Source: Bdellovibrionales bacterium (GTDB lineage: Bacteria; Bdellovibrionota; Bdellovibrionia; Bdellovibrionales; UBA1609). From it: a DNA stretch of 64,000 bases. Shown piece by piece: positions 37,875 through 45,773 of this stretch (the stretch's first letter is position 1; every line of letters begins with the position of its first letter). Made by a program: the position numbers and the translations under genes. The notes under the pieces were generated by a model, which made no database searches, was not told where the DNA came from, and saw only the letters and a list, made by a program, of their open reading frames with translations. The stretch covers positions 149,689 through 213,688 of the forward strand of contig JAIBAM010000001.1 of the NCBI GenBank assembly GCA_019695175.1, in the 5' to 3' direction.

Positions 37875-40250
37875 CTACTTCTTATCAAAATAAATCACAT
37901 TTGTAACCCCAGTCTCAGAGACAAAAGTTTGATGTTCTAATTCTGGTGAACTTTTTGTTGCCAAAAGAAGTCCCGACATCCCTGTGGGCACATTAAAGAT
38001 TATGAACCCTCCACCTGACACACCTTCTTCACCAAAAAGAACATTCCCAGCGGCATCAAAGTAAACAATTTCTGGTGATTGGTTTGGAGCCATCTTAGTA
38101 TCTCCACGCCAAGATCGATCTAAGTTTACGGTAAAGTCATCACCTTTTACAAACCCAACTACAGTACCTTTATCTGAACTTAAATTTATTCTTCTTCTTG
38201 ATAGTACAATAGAGATCCAATCCCTTCGAATTACCGGAAGATAAACAAAATTATTTTTATGTGAGACCACATAACGACTCATTTCATATTGATGTCCCGC
38301 ATCGACTTCAATCATTCCCAGACCTGTTCCGGCTCTGGACAATGGCAAATGGCCTTCTCTTTGTATATCCAAAGGGTCGGACTCAAGGCCCAGCAAACGA
38401 ACTCGTGCTGATAATTCCAAATTTTTATCGAAGGGATCAAAAAGCTCGAAAGGAAGTAATTCCGGATCTTGCACCTCAAAGTTTAAATATGAAACATGAT
38501 TTTCCTCCACTGGGACAACCTGCGCGGGAAATGATTTCCCTTGGTAAAACACTCTCACTGACTGGATCCCTGGTACAACTCCTATGAAGGCAAAAATTCC
38601 ATTTTCGCCCGTAGCCTCAGTTTGAAAATCCGGCAAAATTAAACTATTAAAATAAATTGGAGTCATATTCCCGTCCCCAGCTATTTCCAATTTAGCTCCT
38701 GAAACGGTCTTACCATCCTTAGTAACACGCCCCCAAACAACTCCTTGTTTTTGGTATTTTAATATTGAATGACTCTTTTTTTCTTTCTCAATAATGTTAA
38801 ATAGTGCATCCATCATTTGATTTGGAAACAATTGCGTCTCCAGGGACTCACCTGCAAAACCAACCAACAAGGTTCCCCAATGATTTTCAGCCTCAGCTCG
38901 TAAAACAAAATGACTATGTGTTGCCACACCCTCTTCATGATAAGTCGTTCCATTGGCGCGTTTTTGCAACTGAGTAGTAGTTTCATCAAGCCAAACCTTA
39001 GCATGGGGGACGGGTATTTTTTGTCCCCCATAAGAGTTCGCAGAGGAAACCTCTACTTGCACTCCATAAACCACAGGTTTTAATTTTATTTTTAAATTTT
39101 CAAGACGGTCAGTATTATCAGGTACACTAAGTTTATTTATTTGAATTTCTTCTCTTCCAATAATTTCTTCATCACTGTTTTTTAGTAAAGCGACAATTTG
39201 ACCTTCCATGGATTGAACTCTCAAATCAAATCTACCTTCCTCCAACCAAACTTTTGCTTTCTCATAAAAAACTCCATTTTTACTGCGATAAATCTCTATA
39301 TGGTCTCTTGCATCAGTTATGGCTAAACCACCAACCATCTCAATATCTCCACTCAGGTTCACTTGACGGGAGCTCAATACGGACGAAGTAAAAAATTTTG
39401 TTCTTTCTGAAGAAAGACTTGTATCAGATTTGTCGATTTGAGCCACTGTTGTGTTTTTGGATGTGTTTTTGGATCGGCTTATGTTTTTCTCTCCAAGAAC
39501 AACGGGGTTTTTTTGAGAATAGTCAGATATATTCTGACTATTTGGATCGGATGATTGCGATGAAAATAGATTTGAAATTGTTGGATTTATTGGTGTTTCT
39601 TCAGACAATTTAATAGGGGACTTCTCCACCTTTTTTTCTCCAATAGAAATCTCAGATATTGACGGAGAAATATCAGAACCTGGTTGAGCTAAAAATAAAG
39701 TTTGCGCTTTCGAAATCAACCTATTTCCACTAAAAGAACTCCCCCTTTGAGGTGTAGCTTTTTCGGATACGATGGAAGGTTCTATTTTTGAAATAATTAA
39801 ATCATTATTAAAACCATCTTTGATTAAAGGCTTAGTTCGGATCGTCAACCCTTTAAGTCGACTTGAAGGACTTCCCATATCAAAGTTTGTCGCCACAGTT
39901 TGTGTGGTTTTTTTTCTAATTGCGGTGTCCTTATCCTTGGGTACCTTTTCTAGGGGTTGAGGAATTAAATCCATCATTAGCTCTGTATTCCAGAAATCTG
40001 CTTCTGGTCCAGAGTTTAGGCTCACTCGATTTAGATCTTCAACTTCCAACTCATCAGTCTCTATACTTTTAAAACAATCTTCTGCTGCAGCATAGGCAGG
40101 CGATAAACTGGGCCACCCAATGGTAATGGTTTTATCCGAAACACCTCTTTCATCAATGGAATGAGTGGGTCGTGCAATGCAGATTATGCAAATAAAAATG
40201 CCAAAACCTTGTAACCCATAAACGGGCCTTACCATCCATTTTTTCAACAT
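37875..40250 (-). CDS. large secreted/anchored hypothetical protein with Ser/Asn/Thr-rich linker and carboxypeptidase-regulatory-like beta-sandwich region(s)
   Basis: 791 aa. N-terminal hydrophobic segment GFGIFICIICIARPTHS. Low-complexity S/N/T/K region at about aa 150-300. The C-terminal half is beta-rich, e.g. GRVTKDGKTVSGAKLEIAGDG...ATGENGIFAFIGVVPGIQSVRVFYQGKSF, which resembles a CarboxypepD_reg-type domain by eye. Confidence 0.7.
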   Translation of the reverse strand: MLKKWMVRPVYGLQGFGIFICIICIARPTHSIDERGVSDKTITIGWPSLSPAYAAAEDCFKSIETDELEVEDLNRVSLNSGPEADFWNTELMMDLIPQPLEKVPKDKDTAIRKKTTQTVATNFDMGSPSSRLKGLTIRTKPLIKDGFNNDLIISKIEPSIVSEKATPQRGSSFSGNRLISKAQTLFLAQPGSDISPSISEISIGEKKVEKSPIKLSEETPINPTISNLFSSQSSDPNSQNISDYSQKNPVVLGEKNISRSKNTSKNTTVAQIDKSDTSLSSERTKFFTSSVLSSRQVNLSGDIEMVGGLAITDARDHIEIYRSKNGVFYEKAKVWLEEGRFDLRVQSMEGQIVALLKNSDEEIIGREEIQINKLSVPDNTDRLENLKIKLKPVVYGVQVEVSSANSYGGQKIPVPHAKVWLDETTTQLQKRANGTTYHEEGVATHSHFVLRAEAENHWGTLLVGFAGESLETQLFPNQMMDALFNIIEKEKKSHSILKYQKQGVVWGRVTKDGKTVSGAKLEIAGDGNMTPIYFNSLILPDFQTEATGENGIFAFIGVVPGIQSVRVFYQGKSFPAQVVPVEENHVSYLNFEVQDPELLPFELFDPFDKNLELSARVRLLGLESDPLDIQREGHLPLSRAGTGLGMIEVDAGHQYEMSRYVVSHKNNFVYLPVIRRDWISIVLSRRRINLSSDKGTVVGFVKGDDFTVNLDRSWRGDTKMAPNQSPEIVYFDAAGNVLFGEEGVSGGGFIIFNVPTGMSGLLLATKSSPELEHQTFVSETGVTNVIYFDKK

Positions 40251-40290
40251 AAACTTTAAGTCACTCCATGACTAGTGACTTAAAGTTTAT

Positions 40291-40740
40291 TTAGAAGGCT
40301 CTAAATTCGTCAATTATGTTGGGATCTTCGCGACGTAAGGTGAGTTGCTGCCGAATCCGCCTTCGTATCACTTCGGCCACCGCGGAATCTGTGCCTATAA
40401 TTACGGTCTTTCCCCCAATTGATTTCTCAGTGGGAACAATAACTTGAATAGTGTAGGGTCTTCGATCACCCAAAACCAGAAGATGAGCGTATTTTCTTTC
40501 TACAAGTTTTTCAGCTGATTTAAATTTCCTACCAACAACAATAAAGTATTTTGAAAAATACTCTCTCCCGTTGGTTGACACTGACCTTAAACCCATCGGT
40601 AGAGATTTAGAGGCTATCCTTTGTAAATCCAGCAAGGGGCGATCCACATCGGGAACAGTTAGCCCCCCTGGAGTTGAGCAACTTAATAGAAGTTGTGTAA
40701 AGATAAAAAATATCGTCTGAAACCAAAACTTAGAATTCAT
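40291..40740 (-). CDS. hypothetical lipoprotein
   Basis: 149 aa. Signal peptide plus lipobox LLS-C (FIFTQLLLSCSTPG). It starts 5 nt after the transaldolase stop. Confidence 0.65.
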   Translation of the reverse strand: MNSKFWFQTIFFIFTQLLLSCSTPGGLTVPDVDRPLLDLQRIASKSLPMGLRSVSTNGREYFSKYFIVVGRKFKSAEKLVERKYAHLLVLGDRRPYTIQVIVPTEKSIGGKTVIIGTDSAVAEVIRRRIRQQLTLRREDPNIIDEFRAF

Positions 40741-40745
40741 CCCCT

Positions 40746-41390
40746 CTAGTTCGGCATTTTCTGTGCATCTTTTAAGAATTGCGCAATTCCTTTATCTGTT
40801 AATGGATGTTGGGCCAGTTGTTGCATAACTTTAAATGGAATCGTCACAATATCAGCCCCTATTAAAGCTGAGTCTAAAACATGAACAGGGTGGCGGATGC
40901 TCGCGACCAAGATCTGAGTCTGGTAATCATAATTATCAAAAATTTGCCGCATTTGACTTATAAGTGACATCCCATCTGTAGCGATATCATCCAGTCGCCC
41001 TACAAAAGGAGACACCAAAGTCGCCCCAGCTTTAGCAACTAACAACGCTTGCAGAGGTGAAAAAACTAAAGTTACATTTGTTTTAATGCCTTCAGCTGCG
41101 AGTTTTTTTACTGCAATCAGACCTTCTTCACACATTGGAATTTTAACCACAACGTTATCAGCAATTTTGGCCAATTCATAACCTTCTTTGAGCATGGCGT
41201 CTGTCGTCGTTGAAATCACTTCCGCAGAAACTAAACCCTTCACCTCAGCACAGATTTCTTTGATTACATCCATATGACGTTTGCCTGTTTTAGCTACCAA
41301 CGTTGGATTGGTCGTTACTCCATCGACCCAGCCCCGACTATTGGCCTGACGAATTTCCTCTATATCTGCCGAATCGATGTAAAATTGCAT
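40746..41390 (-). CDS. tal: short-type transaldolase / fructose-6-phosphate aldolase family protein
   Basis: 214 aa. [31 protein letters not shown], with the Schiff-base Lys context VVVKIP and FVGRLDD. This is typical of the ~215-aa Tal/FSA subfamily. Confidence 0.9.
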   Translation of the reverse strand: MQFYIDSADIEEIRQANSRGWVDGVTTNPTLVAKTGKRHMDVIKEICAEVKGLVSAEVISTTTDAMLKEGYELAKIADNVVVKIPMCEEGLIAVKKLAAEGIKTNVTLVFSPLQALLVAKAGATLVSPFVGRLDDIATDGMSLISQMRQIFDNYDYQTQILVASIRHPVHVLDSALIGADIVTIPFKVMQQLAQHPLTDKGIAQFLKDAQKMPN

Positions 41391-41505
41391 AAATTTCTCC
41401 TTTAATTAAATTTAAAAAATGGCTCTTAAATTATAAAAACTTAAAGTATTATGTCTAATGGTCTACTGGACTAAAAACTCCCAGGCAACCTTTCAATATT
41501 TAACT

Positions 41506-42096
41506 TCAAGTTGGTTCAAAAGTAATGCGTCTATCCGAAGAGTTGTACTCAAGCAAACTCTTTCCCTGACACACAAATTCACCCTTAAAGTAGGTTCGTT
41601 TTATTTCAGATCCACTATATTCTTGCCCCAACTCTAAAAGGGTTTTTTTTAAGATAGGATGTCTAAGGTCAGGATGAATTTCGATTGCAGGCAATAAATA
41701 AGCCGGCTGCCTGTGAAAAGTGGGATGAGGCAAAGTGAGCTGTGGAGTTAAAACAGTTTCATCACCATGCAATAAAATCTTATACTTAATGCTTCGCCGC
41801 AAAGGATCTGGATTATTTTGCGTGGAAAGAAATTGAAGTCGATCGAACAGCTCTTTTACGCTCATCTCAACATAGCTTGAAAAAGCAAATGTAAAGCCTT
41901 CAAATCTGGATTTGGCTCGCAAATCGTGAATTTGCTCATTTCGATCCTCTTCACCTCGTACTCTGTACACTGAAGAAATGGAAAAAACTTTAAGATAAGT
42001 TGACAAGGAATTTAAAATTTCTTTAATAAATCCAATGTCTTCCTGGGAATAAATTAAAAAACCGATAAGGGTTAATTTGGGTTCTGGCTTTCCCAT
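41506..42096 (-). CDS. HPPK (FolK)-like protein with substituted metal-binding residues
   Basis: LTLPHPTFHRQPAYLLPAIEIHPDLRHP aligns to E. coli HPPK LTVPHYDMKNRGFMLWPLFEIAPELVFP. SISSVYRVRG aligns to VSSFYRTPPLG. Where E. coli has LDLDIMLFG, this protein reads IKYKILLHG. The gene overlaps the dapB 3' end by 25 nt. Confidence 0.6.
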   Translation of the reverse strand: MGKPEPKLTLIGFLIYSQEDIGFIKEILNSLSTYLKVFSISSVYRVRGEEDRNEQIHDLRAKSRFEGFTFAFSSYVEMSVKELFDRLQFLSTQNNPDPLRRSIKYKILLHGDETVLTPQLTLPHPTFHRQPAYLLPAIEIHPDLRHPILKKTLLELGQEYSGSEIKRTYFKGEFVCQGKSLLEYNSSDRRITFEPT

Positions 42097-42776
42097 AAAT
42101 CCTCAACACTATAAAGACCCGAGGTCTTTTTTTGTGCGAACAACCATTTTGCTGATTTAATTGCACCCCTTGCAAAAATAGCTCGATCCAAAGCTACATG
42201 TTCAAAAGTTAAAACTTCCCCTTCGCCCATAGCCCATACACGATGAACCCCTTTAATTCCTCCTCCCCGAATTGAAATCGGAGGTGGAACTTTTTTTCCC
42301 ACAACACGAACCAGTTCTTTTTGTAAATCTATGGCAGTACCACTGGGTTGATCTACTTTATGCTTATGATGCAACTCCTCAATTTGAAAATCATATCCTT
42401 CAAGCCCAGATAAAGCTGACAGTGCTTTTTTAAAGGCGGCCACCCCTAGACTTAAGTTTGGGGCCCACAGAATAGGTGTTTTTTTTGCAGATACAGCTAG
42501 AGCCCGTTGCTGAGCCAACGATAGTCCAGTGGTACCACTCACTAAAAACTTTTTATATTGAGCACACCACTTTGATGTTTTCAAGGTAACCGTTGGAGTT
42601 GAAAAATCAATAACTCCGTCACATCTTGTGGCATCAATGTCCGTTATTTGCGCAGCCGAGGTTTTACCATTTGGATCCACCGTAGCGATAAGCTTAACCT
42701 CCCCATCCTGTTCAATTTGACTCAAAACTTCATGACCCATTCGGCCCGAAGCTCCCAAAACAACTAATCTTACCAT
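42072..42776 (-). CDS. dapB: 4-hydroxy-tetrahydrodipicolinate reductase
   Basis: NAD(P) fold MVRLVVLGASGRMGHEV. Catalytic block IEELHHKHKVDQPSGTA (ExHHxxKxDxPSGTA). Confidence 0.92.
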   Translation of the reverse strand: MVRLVVLGASGRMGHEVLSQIEQDGEVKLIATVDPNGKTSAAQITDIDATRCDGVIDFSTPTVTLKTSKWCAQYKKFLVSGTTGLSLAQQRALAVSAKKTPILWAPNLSLGVAAFKKALSALSGLEGYDFQIEELHHKHKVDQPSGTAIDLQKELVRVVGKKVPPPISIRGGGIKGVHRVWAMGEGEVLTFEHVALDRAIFARGAIKSAKWLFAQKKTSGLYSVEDLWESQNPN

Positions 42777-42797
42777 CGCCCAGACCTCTTTCCTTTT

Positions 42798-43679
42798 TTA
42801 AATTAGATCTAATTTTTGAAGCTCCTCTTGGAACTTCACACTATATTCTTCTTTTAAACTGACGAGTGGGAGTCTTAACTCTGAAGACCGAATCACTTTT
42901 TGTAAAAACAAGGCCGCTTTCACCGGAATAGGATTTGATTCAATATAAGTAAGACCCAACAATCGAGAATACTTTTCATACTTCTTTTGTGCAGTGGAAT
43001 CACCTTGCCGAGCCTGTTCCACTAAATTGACCAATTCTTTCGCCATAAGGTGTGAAATCACCGAAATAACCCCATGCCCACCTTTATTGCAAAACTCAAC
43101 ACAAGAGGCATCATCGCCACTTAATAGTATAAAATCTTTTTTTACCCCCGCTTTTATTTCATCAAAAAACTTCATATTTCCAGTGGCTTCTTTGATGCCT
43201 ACAATTCTTGGATGCTTTGCTAGTGTAACAATTGTTTCCACATCCAATGAAATGGAAGTTCGACCAGGAACATTGTAAAGGATAATTGGGATCTGAGTTT
43301 CATCAGCGACAGCTAAAAAGTGAGCCAACAAACCCCTCTGCGGAGGTTTATTGTAATAAGGGGTGACTACTAAAGCTCCATCAGCTCCCCACTCCTGGGC
43401 CAATTGAGTCATCTGAATTGTTTTTTTTGTAGAATGAGATCCCGTTCCTAAAATAACCGGAACTTTTTCTCGGCAAAGCTTTTTCGCCATATCAAAAAGG
43501 GCTTTAACCTCTTCAATCTCTAGGACAGGACTTTCCCCCGTTGTTCCATTCACAATAAAACCATTCACCCCTTCTTCTAGTTGTTTTAAAATCAACCTCT
43601 CAAAGGAAAGAAAATCAACCTCTCCATTTTTAAATGGAGTTACGAGAGCTGTTAGTACACCCGAAAATTTATTTTTCAT
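42798..43679 (-). CDS. dapA: 4-hydroxy-tetrahydrodipicolinate synthase
   Basis: GVLTALVTPF, NGTTGESPVL, YNVPGRT and the Schiff-base Lys in IVGIKEATGN. 293 aa. Confidence 0.93.
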   Translation of the reverse strand: MKNKFSGVLTALVTPFKNGEVDFLSFERLILKQLEEGVNGFIVNGTTGESPVLEIEEVKALFDMAKKLCREKVPVILGTGSHSTKKTIQMTQLAQEWGADGALVVTPYYNKPPQRGLLAHFLAVADETQIPIILYNVPGRTSISLDVETIVTLAKHPRIVGIKEATGNMKFFDEIKAGVKKDFILLSGDDASCVEFCNKGGHGVISVISHLMAKELVNLVEQARQGDSTAQKKYEKYSRLLGLTYIESNPIPVKAALFLQKVIRSSELRLPLVSLKEEYSVKFQEELQKLDLI

Positions 43680-43944
43680 TTTGATCCTTTCCTTTATCTA
43701 GATCTAACTCTTCTAAATCACTTTCACCATTTATCTCCATATCAATGGTCTGCTTTCCTTCTTCACTCTGAACTTTAATGGTTTCAGCAGCTCGCTTAAA
43801 AGTGGGACGACCCCTTCCCAATTCACTAGGCTTTAATGGAGGCAGTGGGTCACCCTTTACCCCACAACTAAGACTCATTGCAACAACGAAGGTAATAAAA
43901 AAGCCCTCAGCTATGGAAACAAATAACCTATAAAACCTCTTCAT
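43669..43944 (-). CDS. small lipoprotein, LptM (YifL)-like
   Basis: 91 aa. Hydrophobic leader ending ..MSLSC. The mature N-terminus CGVKGDPLPPLKPSE resembles E. coli LptM/YifL CGLKGPLYFPP. Its 3' end overlaps the dapA start by 11 nt. Confidence 0.55.
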   Translation of the reverse strand: MKRFYRLFVSIAEGFFITFVVAMSLSCGVKGDPLPPLKPSELGRGRPTFKRAAETIKVQSEEGKQTIDMEINGESDLEELDLDKGKDQNEK

Positions 43945-44950
43945 TTAGAACCTCAGAACCCCGATTTTTCAAATAAATTTCAACATCATTAGCGTGATAA
44001 CAAACCCCCCCTAAAGGGAGCAATCCACGATTTAGCAGACTTGTGTGAACTCGACATCTTTTTAAAAAATCTTTGGCAGATTGATCTTTTTCAAAGGAAT
44101 TTTTTTTTATTTTCCAAATCAAATAGGGTGGTGCTGGATTTTTTTTATCCAGCTGACTCGCTTCGTTTAATAAATAAAGTGCTGCAGACTCATTGTTGGA
44201 GTGATAATCCAACAATGCCAGTGCAATTTTCTGATTTGCGAGCGTAAGACCTTGATCCATTTTCTTTTCTTTTATAAAGGTAGAAATAGATTCTAAATTA
44301 TTTTTAAAAATAGCAAGTTCTAAGAGCATCTCTTTGATCTCTGCAAGAACTATGTTCTCCTTCAACGTTGTATTTAATAAATTTTCAGCAGCTTCAAAAT
44401 TTTCTTGAAACAGTAAGGCTCTTGTTTTTGCGAGAACAATCAAAAGATTATTGTCCTCTGTTTTCTGGGCTTCATCAAATTGAATTACAGCTTGTGCAGG
44501 GTTTAAAGCCAATCGAGACAAACCCGACTCATAAAGTCGCTGCCCTTTATCTGACAAAAATCTAATGGCCACTTCCTTTGATAACTCCCTCAGAATTTTT
44601 TTTTCCTGAGGGCTCAGATCCATTGCGGTTGAAAATGACTTGTGAATCCCCTGAAGAGCGGTACTTCTTTTCCCTTGATTTAATTGTTCCAAGGCCATTT
44701 TACGAATTTTCTTAACTCTTTCACTGATTCCAGAAGACTGTTCCGCAGAGTTTTTGGACTGACTTTTGATTACTTTCTTGGTTGGCTTTATCAACGACTT
44801 AAAAGAAGATGGTGTCGAAGCTTTAGTAAAGTGAGGCATCATAAAAGATAAGGTGGCCGAACATAAAAAATATCCCGCCACCCTTTGAATCAAAAATGCA
44901 ATATTCTTATCTTTTTTCGAATGATTTAAGCTCAATAACAACAGGTCCAA
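43928..44950 (-). CDS. hypothetical secreted protein with TPR-like helical repeats
   Basis: 340-aa ORF. N-terminal hydrophobic segment (IAFLIQRVAGYFLCSATLSF). Helical-repeat-like segments (e.g. LLFQENFEAAENLLNTTLK, ALALLDYHSNNESAALYLLNEASQLD). The start is uncertain because the ORF overlaps the upstream gene by 44 nt. Confidence 0.55.
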   Translation of the reverse strand: MDLLLLSLNHSKKDKNIAFLIQRVAGYFLCSATLSFMMPHFTKASTPSSFKSLIKPTKKVIKSQSKNSAEQSSGISERVKKIRKMALEQLNQGKRSTALQGIHKSFSTAMDLSPQEKKILRELSKEVAIRFLSDKGQRLYESGLSRLALNPAQAVIQFDEAQKTEDNNLLIVLAKTRALLFQENFEAAENLLNTTLKENIVLAEIKEMLLELAIFKNNLESISTFIKEKKMDQGLTLANQKIALALLDYHSNNESAALYLLNEASQLDKKNPAPPYLIWKIKKNSFEKDQSAKDFLKRCRVHTSLLNRGLLPLGGVCYHANDVEIYLKNRGSEVLNEEVL

Positions 44951-45554
44951 ATTGTGATTGGGCTACTTGTTTAATTAAACCCAACATAGGAATAATCTCA
45001 GCATTCACCCAAAACTCTAAATCTGAGTTCTGCTTTTTATCATGTAATTTTAAGTAGGAACATTCAAATTTACCGGCAGGAACTTCGACTGTATCGGGCT
45101 TAGATTCTACAATTTCAGGTGGCTCTCCACCAGTTTCTAAAGACTGTTCTTTTCCATCCACAAGCACTTTTTTAACTTGACCCGTGTTTTTGTCGAACAA
45201 TGTCTCAACTTTTTGCTTTTGAATCATAAGGTCAATATCCTGAACCAGCCAAATACCATCAGCTGTTTCTTGACCCACATACATATCCATGGTGCCATTG
45301 AGAAAGCCTGCAAAGTTAATCACATAGTTAGCCCTATCCCCAGGATTAAATGGAATTCGGGAAGGTGACTCTGAGCTCAACTTAACATTGAGAGAAGAGT
45401 AAGATCGAGCCAAAGACTGACCTAAACTCATTATAGTAGACCCAACCACAACCGCCTTCTGAGCAGTTAAAACATTTTTGACCTTTTCTTTCGCTGCGTT
45501 TGCCATTGGAAAAATCGAGACCACAGCAAGTAACAGCATTAGTTTTTTGAACAT
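44907..45554 (-). CDS. hypothetical secreted protein
   Basis: 215 aa. Classical signal peptide MFKKLMLLLAVVSIFPMANA-AKE. No recognised domain. Confidence 0.6.
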   Translation of the reverse strand: MFKKLMLLLAVVSIFPMANAAKEKVKNVLTAQKAVVVGSTIMSLGQSLARSYSSLNVKLSSESPSRIPFNPGDRANYVINFAGFLNGTMDMYVGQETADGIWLVQDIDLMIQKQKVETLFDKNTGQVKKVLVDGKEQSLETGGEPPEIVESKPDTVEVPAGKFECSYLKLHDKKQNSDLEFWVNAEIIPMLGLIKQVAQSQFGPVVIELKSFEKR

Positions 45555-45773
45555 ATTACCCCCTTAATATGAAGTTTTTATAATTAATATCCGAACACAG
45601 AGGTAATTAATGAGCAAGGATGTATATATTATTTTTAATAATCTATAAAATTTACAATAATGATCTTTCATATTCAGTTTGGTTTAAGTGACTGGTTGAT
45701 GAAAATAAAGTGTGCTTTGCTGCTAACCCCGTTTAAGGGGACACCTTTTCTGGAGGAATAAGATCAAAACGCG

